Origin: Tubiluchus corallicola
Lineage: Eukaryota; Animalia; Priapulida
Assembly (NCBI GenBank): GCA_030141605.1
Contig: JAQGDQ010000205.1
Coordinates: 186,001 to 250,000, forward strand
Direction: 5' to 3'
Length of the DNA: 64,000 nucleotides
Shown here: in pieces, positions 39,801 through 53,668 of the stretch
Layout of the letters: each line of letters opens with the position of its first letter
How positions within the stretch are numbered: position 1 is the first letter of the stretch
The notes under the pieces: generated by a model
Told to the model about the DNA's origin: nothing
Databases searched by the model: none
The model's input: only the letters and a program-made list of their open reading frames with translations
Program-made: the position numbers and the translations under genes

Positions 39801-41009
39801 GCCAATCTTTACTGTTGCTAAACGACCGCCAATGCCGCCTGGTTCACACACATCAATCTCAACGTTCCCATTGAAAATGTCATGTAGAAAATATGCAGTA
39901 GCTGCACCACCAAGACCACCACCAATAATAGCTGTAATAAAAAAATATGAATGCCGACAAATTTATAAAATGATAATTCATGATATGATTAGATTACATA
40001 TTTTAGAAAAAATTCCCACACTAAAATTTTGTACCGTTTTGCCTGTAATTTCATAATTTTGAACTGGCAGATTAAAAAACATTCATGCATAGCAAACTAT
40101 GCTTTCCTGTTGGTAGCATACTTTTCTGCTTCACTAACTCACTCAATTCTTCCAACTGTCCTCCCAAATCTTTCCTTTTTCACACTTCAGTGGGTTCACA
40201 CAAGTTATTTTCTTTTAGTTCTATGAGCCCGCTGCTGTATGAAAATCAGTAGCAACATCCACAGATCTTTGTATCATGCACTGTCAATTACTGTAATTAC
40301 GGTAATTATCATTTCGTACACCATTACGCCATTGTACTTGCTTACTGATATAAAGTTAACTGAATTGATGTCAAGCCATTCTCAATTAAAAAAAATTCTT
40401 AAAATAGTATTCATATTATTTACAGAAAAATTTAGGACAACTTTATATTGACTACACATTTTACCATTAACAAAAATAAAAAAATAAAAACGAAAATTTT
40501 TCACTTTTTGTGCAAATCCACCTTACCATCACTAAAGTGCCACTGTGTGGTTAATGTGATTTCACTAGATCCACTTCATCAATAGATGAGCAACGCTTAG
40601 TTTGAAAGATCAAATTTCACTGTATTTTTAGCAACTTCTAATTTTTATGTTTCTTTTATACTAGTGACTTCTTTTTAATTCAGCTCTTCACCAATTTGTT
40701 CGTGCTTCGTCATACATATTTCGCTACACCTTGGAGTTTACTTATATCGCTGCTACACATATCATCTACCGATAGTTTAATCTCATCGGATATTTCTCGC
40801 TTTATTTCTTCACATTCAAAGCCGTACTGAGTTGTCATTTTCTTGTTTGCAAGAAAGAGGTAAAAAAGTGTACTTCAGTGTTAAAGTTAGTACTAACCCA
40901 CTTTTGGAAATTTCTTTGTTTTGTCGTCGTCCAGTCTATTTGCAAAAGTATTTAATATTAGCAAAAAACCTACAAAACTCTTAACAACCATTCCACTAAA
41001 GAAGGCCAT
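36848..41009 (-). CDS. PCYOX1: Prenylcysteine oxidase (PCYOX1/PCYOX1L family); 5 exons, ~500 aa
   Basis: Minus-strand exons: 41009-40898, 39931-39725, 39305-39131, 38115-37907, 37647-36848. Hydrophobic N-terminus, FAD-binding AIIGGGLGG, GGRLAT, YEAGGTMIHPRN, NYGQ, LWAVENGN, YVNAIERAASAMEM..IGAKNVALL, and a C-terminal HTEL ER-retention-like signal. Confidence 0.93.
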
Positions 41010-43194
41010 ATTTACCGGTCGTTATGCGATCGCTTATCAGTCTTATATGATTTCCAGTCCCAATGTAGCCGATTGCAGACAAGTATAATTTACTAAGCAT
41101 AAAAATGCTAAAATTTTGCTAATTTATTATGCTGGAATTTTTTTAGCGCATTTGATATCGTGTTTGTGTCCAATTAAATTATTATACCTTTTGAGAATGA
41201 CTGTTGATGTGATTTGAATGAATGAGCCATATCAAAGAAAAAGTGTTTTGTTCTTGCATGTCTTTTGAGTATATCAATATTCTGAGGGATACGTTGTAAT
41301 TATGTTCTACAACGTATCCCACAACTTCAAGTATATTGATAGATTCAAGTGGTAAACAGGAACAAATCCGCTTTATTGATACTTCGATATAGCTCATTCA
41401 CTTCAAGTTAGCTCAACGGTTTTTCTCAAAAAGGACATAATAGGACAGAATCACATAGCCAATAAAATGTCCTGAAGTATGGAAAGAAGTTTATGGCCTG
41501 AACTTCAGCACTGGCGACCCTGACTGCAAAACCAGCTGCAACAAGGCTCACTGTCCTGACAAATCATCCATCACTTCCTAAACTTACATAATATGATTGT
41601 TCCGTGTGCAACATACGACATGCACACTGAATTGTTATAAAATTAAGTGATAGAATCCATTTGTTCCATGTTTCTTGGCAAACGGCCTGAAAATTACTTC
41701 ATGCTGATTACATACGTTTAGTGACAGCAAATCTTGTGTAAGAGACTGGTGGCTACCAATACCAGAACGTATACTCTACATATTTGTTCGTCATTTGTGC
41801 CTTGCATCTTAATCTGTATTGTTGCAAGTGTAAATCGCTAAATGGCCACTATCCTTTATTTGTCCTTTAAATGAGCAAGTCAGAGCGATTGTGAATAAAT
41901 GTTGCCTTTGTCATTAATAGGACTGTGTCACTCTTTTATTTTGCAAAATTTCCTATACATTTCCAGGTCAAGAAATTTTCTTGATTTTTAGTTCATAAAG
42001 ATTTTCAACAATAGCTTCCAAAGCAACAAAACGAATCATATCAACTTGCTACCATGTACACAGGTGCCAGATGACAATATTTCTCCTCACTTATTAATGA
42101 AGGTAAACAGATTCATATCACCCTCTTTACCGCCATAACTCTTTTCAGATTCATTTCACCGCTATAACTTAAAAGGAAACACCAAATCTGCTTACATAAG
42201 TGTTCAGCGCTGGCTGCTGTTATTTTCTGTGAATACACCCCCAGGTGCAAAAAAATTACCTTAGCGTGCCAATAATAGCCTGAGCTAAGGAGCACAGCAG
42301 GGTAGATCAACCAATGCTGGGTAACTGTCTAGCACAAGTGCAAGGCAAAATTTTTATCAATCAGTTAGCAAAAACTTGTTTACATACAGAGAAAACAATA
42401 GAACTTGCCTTGTTCTTATATGATTTACTTGTATGTTGGTTGTTACTTTTCCAAATTTCATTGAATTTGGAGAGAGAGGAAAGTTTAGTTAATAAGGTTT
42501 TGATTTTATGTAAATGTATGTACCCATTGGGAAGGAGTTTAGCCTATTCATTTTAATAGCTACAATCTACCTTTGAGAACTGTCCACAGTAAATTATTTA
42601 AGCATCAAATACTTTTAATCATCATAGCTGGTAATGAACCTAAGTTTGTAAAGCAGGAAATCTAGTCCAAAACTGAAATAAATCATTTCCAATTTAGGGT
42701 ACTTTAAAATAGGTTTATATTAAGTGTTTGTCAAATAATTATTATATTTCATTTCAAAACACAAATGTGGTTTCAAAAATGCTCATAAAATTATACTGAA
42801 AATACATTTATTAGCTAACTTCAGTATGAAACATAGATACAACATATTATACATGTCACAATACAGATATATAAACCTTAACTAAAATTAAAGTCCATAA
42901 TGCATGCATTAACTTGTTCTTTTACATTTCTCTGCGTAACCTGCCTCAAAATTTTTGTAGATTCTATCCAGCAGCAAATAAGTACATAAAGGATAGTAGC
43001 TAGCATAATAAATTCAAACCAGACATAGTTAACCGAGCACTTGTTAATAGTTACTGTTCAGTAGCATGACTCGAGGAACAAATAAGCAGTCAAATATAAC
43101 ATCAAATAATGGATGTGACAAATTTTTAAATTTCACTTTGAAAGTGATTTGAGAAAAAACTGTTCCTTTGAGATTACAACTTTTGAAATTTTAA

Positions 43195-44085
43195 CTATCG
43201 CGATTCCAACTGAATGCGCGCTCGCTTCGTTCCTCCTTTTTGCTCATCATTGTCATCATTTTCCTTTATGTATTCTTCAGGATCTTCTATCAGTTTATTG
43301 TGCACGTGCATTAAGCCTTTGAAATACTTCACAGTTTTAACTCTAAGTTCAAGAGTAGCATCTTCATCACATATGAATAACGTGTGACGATGCTGTTGAA
43401 ATGCAGATACTGTCCACATATGATTAACTCCTTCCTCTATGGCTTTATGTAAGGCAAATGCCTTATGAGGCCCTGTAATGAGAATTACAACCTCATTGGC
43501 ATCCATAACTGTCTGTACGCCAACAGTAAGCGCCATTGTCGGGACTTTACTTAGATCATTGCCAAAAAATCTGGCGTTTGCAACAATGGTATCTTGTGCT
43601 AATGTTTTAACTCTTGTCCGAGACACCAGACTTGAACCGGGTTCATTGAAAGCTATGTGGCCATCTGGTCCGATTCCTCCAAGAAACAGTTCGATGCCTC
43701 CTGCTTGCTTAATTTTTTCTTCAAACTGGACACACTCCTGAACTAGGTCAGCTGCATTCCCATCCAAAATATGCACATTCTCTGGTAAAATATCGATATG
43801 CTTGAATAGGTTGTTCCACATGTATGAATGATAACTTTCTGGATGATCTCGAGGTAATCCTACATACTCGTCCATATTGAATGTCTTAACGTACCTAAAT
43901 GACAATTTTCCGGCTTTGTGAAACTCAATAAATTTTTCGTATGTCCCCTTGGGTGTGCTACCTGTTGGCAATCCAAGAGTAAAATACTTGTTTGGCCCAG
44001 GCTTAAAAACATGAATTCTGCGCATGATGTATCGCGCTGTCCAGTCACTGACTTTATCATAATTGTCCAAAATAATAAGACGCAT
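43195..44085 (-). CDS. GNPDA: Glucosamine-6-phosphate deaminase/isomerase, intronless CDS, 296 aa
   Basis: Single ORF with LGLPTGSTP, TFNMDEYVGL, GGIGPDGHIAFNEPGSSLVSRTRVKTLA, EEGVNHMWTVSAFQQH and ELRVKTVKYFKGLM (animal-type GNPDA1/2). AATAAA on the minus strand near 42806-42811. Confidence 0.97.
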   Translation of the reverse strand: MRLIILDNYDKVSDWTARYIMRRIHVFKPGPNKYFTLGLPTGSTPKGTYEKFIEFHKAGKLSFRYVKTFNMDEYVGLPRDHPESYHSYMWNNLFKHIDILPENVHILDGNAADLVQECVQFEEKIKQAGGIELFLGGIGPDGHIAFNEPGSSLVSRTRVKTLAQDTIVANARFFGNDLSKVPTMALTVGVQTVMDANEVVILITGPHKAFALHKAIEEGVNHMWTVSAFQQHRHTLFICDEDATLELRVKTVKYFKGLMHVHNKLIEDPEEYIKENDDNDEQKGGTKRARIQLESR

Positions 44086-44399
44086 TTTACTTTGTTATAT
44101 TTTCGTGCTTATGCGCAAACAAAGGCACAAAAAACTCAAAATTAAGACTCTTAGCGCATCTAACCGATTAAGCAACCAGCAACATGCAAAATCTTAGCTA
44201 TCACCTTGGTGTCAATTCAAGTTTGCTTGCTCACATCGAATTTTAACTGTTGAAAAAATAAACTGAATTGAATTGATTTGATTTGCTCAAATACATTATG
44301 GCCGCAAACTTAATTTTTTTACTCGCGTACTCAATTTAGCATACAAATCCTTTCAGTCGACTCTTGAAATCTAGATTTAAACTCCTGTTTGACAATGAT

Positions 44400-44560
44400 T
44401 ATTCATTTAAGCGTAATTATTCCAGTTAAATGTGTTCTTTGGACTGACAGTACATCTGTTACATCTGATTGATAAGATTCCATATCATCAGCTAAATGAC
44501 TTTGTTTAATATCAGATTTAAGTCCTCTACAATTGAAAGTTCCATCTCTTAAATTCTCCT
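44400..44560 (-). mobile_element. Non-LTR retrotransposon APE endonuclease N-terminal remnant
   Basis: GTFNCRGLKS..LADDMESYQ..DVLSVQRTHL matches the T(W/F)NxxGL...D(I/V)xxxQET start of LINE endonucleases. Confidence 0.6.
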
Positions 44561-45725
44561 TTCGCCACAACATTATGCAGACAGAAAGAAAAGTAGAATA
44601 CTCCAACAAATGTTAAATATAGAAATTCTTCGCTAAAATATGTACCTTTTCAACGAGTTGTTGCGCGTCACTGACAACAGTCCAAAAATGCCACCTTCCG
44701 AAGTTCTGTTTCTTGCGTATTGCCATCCACTGTATGATACCATGTTGGAGATGCTGTAGAAGTTACAATTTAAATAGAAACAGGCAAGTCACTTAAGAAC
44801 ATTTTTATCATTCATCTTTTCATCTGCAACTGTTGTCACATCATTATCATGATTCATTTATTATAACTAGTGACATTGTAGGTAATCATTACCAAGCAAT
44901 ATGTCCATAATTATACTAATAATGATGGAAGTCTGATTTCAAGTATCAGAGATCATTTTGTGCAGATTGTCTAACTGAGAAACAATTCTTTAAACATAGA
45001 TATAGATATTTTTTATCTCCTCATTTACAACAGAATGCAAATTGACTATTATTGTTATACATATATAGTTTTTAATTAAGCAGGATAAAATCCTGTTTAA
45101 GGATAGCGTTAGGAGTGTGCAGGAGAACAAATAATCAAAGACCAATTGGTCATCAAGTTAGCTGGATCAGTCAAGTGTTGTCACCACTTTCAGATTTTCA
45201 GTTAACCATGCCTTACATCAGTACATAGTGTATGAAGTAACAACACTCCTTAAGACTAATACTAGTCTTTAAATCCAGAACGTGCATGCAAAATTCCTTT
45301 GTATAAAGGGTGCATATAATTCAACGTTTATGCTTAAACTTCTGTGTACAATGTTTTTTCCATCCACTACTTTCAGGAGCCTAAACAGATGTACTGATCG
45401 TAATGATTTACCTGTATGTCACTGCAGTGAAGAGGTTCTCTATGAAGAGCAGTGGCATTGATGACCATGACTTTTGCTCTATCTTCCATACAAGCTCATT
45501 TTAAGAAATTTAAATGCGTGTCCTCTTGTTCTTTTTGTGTCCTGTTTCTTATATTATATGCCTGTCGTTTGATCTATATATGCACACTGTGTCTTGCCAT
45601 ACTTGTGTCGCCTGTAATTTAGGCTAACCAGTCCTACGTCCTGGCTCCTTGAGCCATTGCAGATATTCTTTCCCAGAGTTCTGTTGCAAGGTTGGAGCTT
45701 AATTTGGAAGCAGTAAAATCTGAAG

Positions 45726-46108
45726 TAAGGGTGAGCATCGAACATTCGAGTTTGAACTTCTGAATCGAATTCGAACGAGTTTTTTTATGTCAAATTTGAT
45801 TCGCATCTGAAACTATAGATTTCAATGATTCAGCACTTCAATCATATGTGCCCTTTATCATTAAAACAATTAAAACGCCAAGCAATCAGCATAATTTAGC
45901 TGTGATTTCTGTGCACAATTTTAAACAAACTAATAGTGGTTTTACTACAGACCAAAATCAAGTAATGTGCATGACTTTGTAAGACTAATTTTTACTGGTG
46001 GTTCAAAAATCTTTCAATCTCAACTCGAATGCGAAATACCGAAGTTCGGTTCGATTAGGATTCGAAAGTCACAAATTCGATTCGAATTAGCTTTAATGCT
46101 CACCCCTA
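45726..46108. mobile_element. hAT-type MITE (TTCGAA family)
   Basis: TIRs TAAGGGTGAGCA...TGCTCACCCCTA with 8-bp flanks ATCTGAAG and ATTTGAAG (7/8). It is an inverted homologue of 53669-54047. Confidence 0.88.
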
Positions 46109-47297
46109 ATTTGAAGTGACAAATGAATTATGAGTATCAGTGGCTTCAACAAAACGCAAATGCCTTGACTTTTAACTGCACGAAGATAAATAAAAACGAA
46201 AGAGGTAAGATATAAAAACTTCGCGATTGGGGTTTTTCACGTCTCCTTCCTTCGTCTGGAAAAGCCGGAATAAACATGCAAACGCAAACATGCAAGATTT
46301 CCGCCCTTCTTGTCTTGTTTTGCAGGTGCCCTGATCATGCAAGCAAGCTACCGACGTGTTTGCATTTTTTCCATGATTCATCACCATGGCGTGTTATGTG
46401 AAGCTCTTCAGTTTTATTCTCTGTGAGAATTTTCAGTGAACTCATCCAGGTCTAACACCATATCTTCGTTCATTATCTTAAACACCTATACAAGGTCATT
46501 TGTATCACGCGCTGTTCTAAGGTATATTGTTTAAATCAACATATTTGGCGAAAAACATTTTTGGACCTTTTCCATCACTTCTCCGTGGGCTTTAAACAAC
46601 AACAGCATACCCCAACAGTGGTTTAGTTACAGTTTTGCAAAGAGGCAGCAATGCTTATTCAAATAGGGCAATTTTTTCCGGGGGTACTAAAAAGTTTTCT
46701 TGAAATTTTCGAAGTGAGTGCTTAACATGCTCTTTTTTCTTTCTTGCTCTTGTAGATTCAGTCACTGAATCATTGCATTACTGTGATAGCCTTATTTTAA
46801 CACAGCATACTTGTAATGATCTTGTGTGACCTGATATATTAAACATTGTACAATTTTGTTTTATCATAGTTACTCTAGCATAACTGAGGTGCAGAATACT
46901 ATAAAGTATGGGAGTGTATTCTAGACATTATGTTCACCTCTAGCATCATATTCTACACCAACAAACAAAATACTGTAATTTAAAATATTGGGTCCAGAAA
47001 TTCGGGTCCAGATTTTAGTTATTAATTTAGGGGGTTGAGCCCAATAATGTAATGGAACACGCTAAAATTCACAAATGAAAATTCATGGCTAGGCCATAAA
47101 TGGCAAAAATAACTTTCTAAACAATTCCCATTCATTTTATTAAATTACTACAATAATATTTACTGTATTGGTTTGCCAATTCCTGGTTTAATTAGTGCAA
47201 GTGTTTAACTTGTTTTAATGCAAATGTAGTAGATTATACTAATTATAATTTTGACAATGAGAAATTATTAGAGTAGCCTGTATAATTCCATTATTAA

Positions 47298-48060
47298 CAA
47301 GGGTATAAGTAGGACGATGTAGGACAATTGGCATACATGGGCTAGCCCAAGTAGGACGCATCGCACATGGGCTGCCTAAGTAGGACACTAGAAACAGGTC
47401 GCGAATTGAGTTGTTAAGCATACTGGCACCGTCCGTTGTCCTTGTTTATGGAATAATAATAATTAAAAATGTCAATATACGTTGAATAATTTATTATACA
47501 TCTGATAAAATAAAAGAATTTTATTCTGAGCTGGAAGAATTCATATTTGCCACTATTAATCTTCTTTGAAGTGAAATAAGCCAACTTTTTAGGCGATCCA
47601 ACATTTGTTTAAGATATATCATTTTTTATTTTTGCTTTGCTTCACATACAAGTGATCCTTTTCACTCCCACCTGGACAAATAATTGCTTTCTACTAAGTA
47701 AACGGGTTAGCGAGTTATGTGCCCTGCATAGTTTCTCTCTTTAAAGCATTAGACACTTAGTTTACTGTTATGATGATATTAATGGAGCAAATAATAGTGA
47801 TGATATTGTTGTAAAAAAGACATTTGTAAATTGTCAAGGACTATCCATCATTATTATAAAGTTGCTTTTTTTCTAAAACAAATTTAATTGTATTGTATGT
47901 TTTTGTATGTCATAAATCTCGATTCTTGATAAAAATCGCTAGTGTCGTACTTGGGCTACCCATCTACGACACTGCTTTTCCGCAAATTTAGCACATGGTG
48001 TTTTGCCGGAAGTGTCCTACTTCGGCTAGTGGGTTACTCGTCGCCCTACAACTTACACAT
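47298..48060. mobile_element. Non-autonomous DNA element with inverted subterminal repeats
   Basis: The left side repeats (CCC)AAGTAGGAC and ATGGGCT; the right side has the inverted forms GTCGTACTTGGGCTACCCAT and GTCCTACTTCGGCTAG. Confidence 0.55.
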
Positions 48061-48865
48061 AATTATTTTTATCTTCTGCTAGACCATGGAGTGCTGAAGC
48101 ACAACTGAAACAGTATTGTGGGATAGTATGTGAGTGCTGAGTAGCAAGGCGATTGACTGAGAATGCCACAGAGCATCCAGTAAGAGAGTGCCTTATTCTG
48201 GTACCAATAGTGGCAGTGTTCTGGCATTAGAGTTTCTAAGAAATCCCTCAAGAAAAGCCGATTTTATCTTTTATTCGTTTTCTAAGTCATTTATTAGTTG
48301 AGGGTTTTACTTAATTACTTTCCAAACAGTGAATTTTCACTTGCTTTCACTGGTTGGTGACTCTAACAATCACTTGGAACTATAGCATCTTGTGATTTTG
48401 CAAGAGGATGCATACTACATGGCACCTCTAAATTCAAAATAGTACCCGTGATTGGGTGCAGGTGTGATAGTGCCCCTCAAAAGGAAAACACTGCCAGATA
48501 GACCTACAAATGACTCACAGTATTCAGTTGACCTCCTAATAATACAACTTCTTTGACTGACAATTTTTGCAACACGAACGGTATGGTCTTGAACTTTAGT
48601 GAACCAGTTATGTAAGCTTTGTTGATCATATCACTGCACAATACATTGATAGTGAATTGTGGATTTAGGTAATCTTTGTATAATATTTTAAGAGAACCAA
48701 ATTTTAGTTCAGTTTCATAAGTCCTGTAACAGATACTAATATATAAAATTTAATCATCAAAATATAAGTATAAACCAAAACCACTGCACCTAAAACATAC
48801 CAGAAGAAGACAATTACAAGGCAATTTTTTAATGGCAATGTTACTGTTGTTTTTCAGATTGAAAA

Positions 48866-51800
48866 ATGAGTGGGACGTCATCTTTAGACAGTTCAGAATC
48901 TCCTTTCAGTCATCTTAAAATTGCATCTTTTGACACTCTTCAACAAGTTAGCAAAAGAAGCAAATGTACTAAGTGTCGCCGATCACGGATGCATTACTGC
49001 TATAGTTGCTATTTGCCTGTTGAAGAGCTGCAGGGTAAATTACCTACCGTTAAGGTACACAAGTATATGTGTTGTGGTTTAGTATTGTAATGATAGTTAC
49101 TGCAAATCCTAGCTTACTACACTAATGCATTCCAGTAAACTGCAGTGCTAAATGCGTCATCATCAAATGAATCCATGCTATCCATTGGAAATGTAGAAGT
49201 ATGAACTTTTTTTCTGGGAGTTATAAATTGTGAACTGGTAGCACAAAAATTAGTTTGTAGGCATGTTGATATCACAAATAAGTACCGGTGAAGAGGTTGC
49301 TTAACACAATTAACTGGCATGTAATACAGTGGAATTTTGACAGACAAGATAGGCTTAATTTTATGTAGGTGTTATACGAATGTATAACAGTAAAATACAC
49401 TTTAAATATTTACTTGTGTAGAAGTTTCAACAAAAATATAGGTAAAAAGATATTTGTGTATAAGGTCTTGTAATAGCCAACCAGTGAAAACAGAATGAAG
49501 TAAAATGAGAGCAAAACTATTGGGCTAAGCCCATTTTTAGAATAGGTAACAGGTAGATAGAATTCATCTATTACAGCAATAGTGATTTTACAGATTAGAA
49601 AGCTAATTAAAATTAAATGTAATTTTTGTAATTTTCCGGTCGTTTACAATGACAGCAATAAATCACAAAGCGTGCCCACAGCCTGATGTAATAGATGTAG
49701 CATATATTTGCATATGATGTCTGGCTTCCTTATAAAGTATCATTTTATCTAACAGAATTCTAGTGCTCAAACTGCGGCAAAAATTTGTCTCGATAATGCA
49801 AACTTTCGTTATTTACAGTTAAAAAAGTGACAGTACTTCTGGATTATTTGAAATGAAATATATGACAAAAATATTCTGGCAGGTTTAGAGTTGTAAGACA
49901 GAACCTGCTCGTCAGTTTGGTAATGCCTAACCATTTTTGACATTAAATTAATAACAACTAAATTTTTCTGCATTGAGAATATGAAATAAAACTTCAATTG
50001 TTACTTAGTTACAAAGAAATGAAGTCGTGCTATGTACCTAACCATTCTTATGTCTCAATGTGACATCATAAAACTTGTCGTAACACTATATTTAGCGCAG
50101 TAAGCTTAGTATACTTGTTGTTGAATTGTTGTGAATTGGGCTTCTTAACATTTTATTGTAATCTACTGTATGTGTGCATGTGTGTGATTTGTAAGTGTGC
50201 ATGCAAGAGTATCGCGAAGATATTCTGCTAGATTACAGTTGTAGTATAACAGTGGTGATCAGCTTGACGATCAACGTGTTTGCAATTTTTGACAGAAAAC
50301 TAATGAGACACTTTGATTTATATAAAACTGTAAATCTATGGATACTACAAAAACAAGTCTAATACAGTGCCATGTACAACATAGCCATGCACAGTAAACA
50401 TATTTGGCATCAGTCGTGAATATATGAAGGATTATTAATTAATTTCCGTTGAAAATAATTGTAAACAATGTCAGTAAATGTTGATTATTGCATTCCACTA
50501 GTTTTTGCCAAGTAACAATTATACATTGCACTATGGATACCACAATTCTTATGAGCCGCAAGTTAATACATTATCATATCTTTTTGTAAATTTGCAATAA
50601 TATTTGTCATGTAAAATTTTCAGCATGTTGCTGCATTTTAAGATGTATATTTATCTATTCTTTGAGACTATTATTAGAATAATAAAGTATGTTTATTTAG
50701 ACAATAGGACCTTGTAACCAAATTTCTTAATTGGTGATTCTCTAAAAGCAGTCAGGAAATTTATTTCAGATGTCAGAAATCATTTAATTGCGCATTTTAC
50801 AGTCATAGTTAAATTATCTGTACTGAGATATCGTCGGCGCATATGACCAGCGTACTTCAAAGCAGCAGAGTGATCTAATTTTTATTAGTTTTCTTTCAAT
50901 TTTCAGCCATTTCTTTTGTTTATTCTGTTGTTTTTTTAGTTGATCTGTGACAGTTGATCAATCTTTTAAGTATTTATTGTATAACCTTGTATTTTGTCAT
51001 TACACAGTTGCCTTTAAAGATCGACATCATAAAGCATCCCCGAGAAGTGGAAGGAAAAAGTACTGCTGTTCATGCAGCTGTTCTTGCACCAGATGATGTA
51101 ACGGTTTATACTTACCCTTGTATACCAGAATTCCAGGATAAAAACAAAGTACGTAGTTCATACATTATTTACTTAAGGTTTCATAATATAAATGATTTCT
51201 AAATTTTCTAATCCATTTTGGAGGTAAACCTAAAAAAAGCACTGACAAAACTTTGCACTAGAATACTGTAATACTGTGCTGATCTTAGGGAGTTAAATAT
51301 GCAATGTACATCCATTTGTGCTGTATGTTGATTTTAAATAAGATCAAAAATTGAAAAAGTAATACTTTCTTAGAGCTAAGCAAATTGTGGTCAATTTTTT
51401 TGGAGTTATACTTTCTCAATGCATTAGATCTCGTGTCGAAAGTGGCAATTAATGTTAGTTTTTCAATTTTCACCAACTGTATTTTTTTGGCCTTGCATAC
51501 TGGTTTTTTAGCATAGTTTATTAAAGTCTTACACATATTTAGCTCATTTATTTTATTGTGTGATATTATTTTAACAAAATAACAAGAAAACATGGGACCA
51601 TTATATTATACATGCAGTAGTATTTACAGGACAGGAGATTGTAGGTTTATTTTAATAGCTGGGTAATTGCTGGTTCTTTGTTCATATACTCAGATTTATT
51701 AAAGTAATTGTGCATATATTAGTCATTGTTAAAATGTTTGGCAATACATGTTTTATAGGCATATATGTGTGTGTAATAGTAATAGTATGTGTTGATCTAA

Positions 51801-53308
51801 AATTTGACTTAAAATAAAAATTGTTTTTAATATTATGCTTTATACTAGCATATATACTTTTTAGGTTTTGCTCGTATTTCCTGAAAATGATTCCATTACA
51901 ATGGAACAGTTAGCAGCAAACATTGCCAGAACTCAAGTAGATGTCAGTCAAACTCTTACTATGACTTCAGCTAACAAATGTGTCAAGGGAGTGAATGGTG
52001 AGACTGTCGCAAATGGATTTTTACCTGTTAATGCAGAACAGATAGTTTGTTCCAATGGAAAAACTGACAGTCAAGTGCTTGAAGGTGCAAACTCATTAAA
52101 AGACGATGATGGCAACACGTCAAGTATTCTTTGTAGAACGTCTAATACAGAACATGGAACTATTAACAGCAACAATTTATATGTGAAAAATAGTGTTACT
52201 AAAGGTACTGTTTCTGATGATTTTTCTGTGCCACATAAAAAGCTAAAGCTTGAGAGACATGACACATTTGCTTGTGTGAGTAGCAAATTTGAAAGGGTTT
52301 TGTTCATTGACAGCACATGGAATCAGGTGAAGAGTATATGCACAGATGAACGACTTAAAGGTCAGAAAGTGTCTTATTCCATTTTTAATAGCAAATAATA
52401 CAGTAAAATTTAATGTGCAAAGAAGTATTTCACACTGAAGATGGATGGATGGATGGATGGATGGATGGATGGATGGATGGATGGATGGATGGATGGATGG
52501 AGGATGGCTGGCTGGCTGGCTGGCTGGCTGGATGGATGGATGGATGGATGAATGGATGGATAGATAGACAGACAGGCAAACAAATAGATAGAAACTGGAT
52601 AGCTATATAGATAGAGGTAGAGATAAAGAGAGGGGGAGGGAGAGAGGGGGCAAGGCAAGGCAAGGTAATGGTGGCAAGTAGGAAAATGACGTAGACAGAA
52701 GAGGCAGGGATTGAAAAGGAAAGAAGACCTGAGAGGTATCGGGTAAGTAAGACAGAGAGAGAACCTGAGTGAGTATGAAATTGTGGAGAGGAAGCGTTTA
52801 CACAGAAGGTGGGTACAGGAGAGGAGGAGAAAAAGAGGAAAAACACAAAAGGAAAAAAACATCATTATAAAGTAAAACTAAGAGCTAGTATTCCTTAGAA
52901 AATTTACCTTTTCCGTTCTATTTTAAATTTCTACGTTAAATATTTTCTAACTAATTGTTTATCATTTCAACTTTACAATTGTTTATCATTTCAAGTATTT
53001 CATTTTTGTTTTGTTTGAAACAAATTGTAGATCTGACGAAGATAAAATTGTGCAAGCATCGTACACTGTTCTGGAGATACCAGCGTCAGAATGACAGCTA
53101 CTTGGCTACAATTGAAGCAGTTTACTATTTCCTGGTAGAGTACCATGAGACAATTCTCTGTTGTAATTACGAAGGACAGTATGACAATCTTTTGTACTTT
53201 TTTGCCTTTATGTTTGATAAAATTAGGAATGAGTATGAAGTCAATACTGTACTTAAGTCATATTCAGAAAAAAGAAACTATACTATAAAATCTAATGATG
53301 ATACGTGA
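48866..53308 (+). CDS. DTWD1: tRNA-uridine aminocarboxypropyltransferase 1 (DTW domain protein 1); 4 coding exons, ~367 aa
   Basis: Exons: 48866-49054, 51008-51148, 51865-52360, 53031-53308. Motifs [55 protein letters not shown] (DxTW), [15 protein letters not shown] and YDNLLYFF. Confidence 0.94.
52437..52625. repeat. Compound microsatellite (GATG)n/(GCTG)n/(GATA)n followed by a purine-rich tract
   Basis: Directly visible in DTWD1 intron 3. Confidence 0.95.
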
Positions 53309-53668
53309 GCTACTGATGTTTGATATGTAATTAATACATATAAATATGGAATTAAGAATAGTTTCTATTCATAACTGTGTTAATCAAGGAAGAACTTATA
53401 TTATTAAAGGAACAGTAATGTTGCGTTTTCTTCTTAGTGAAAGTTACACATAATAGTACAGTATATTCTAATTTGAAATTTATCATTCATTCTTGACTCA
53501 TATTAGATTTTAATTTAAGCAGGTATTTAATTTTTATTCTTTTTTACTTGCTGTTATATTTGTAAGGATTGATATTAGACATATTGCAATTGTGTGGGTG
53601 ATAGACTGTTATGTAAAATAAATGACTTCCAAGTAAAAAATGTGTTCTTGTAGATGGTGTGCTATAAG

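Noticed and set aside
43195-44085. Horizontal transfer of bacterial nagB
   Set aside because: The motifs (GPDGHIAFNEPGSSLVSRTR, VKYFKGLM.VHNKL) are animal-type, and no bacterial neighbours are present.
43478-44145. Short ORFs overlapping GNPDA, and most other 60-160 aa ORFs in the track
   Set aside because: They are antisense or alternative-frame shadows, or chance ORFs in AT-rich introns, with no recognisable motifs.
52410-52865. ORFs with HPSI and MDGW repeats
   Set aside because: They are translations of the (GATG)n microsatellite.
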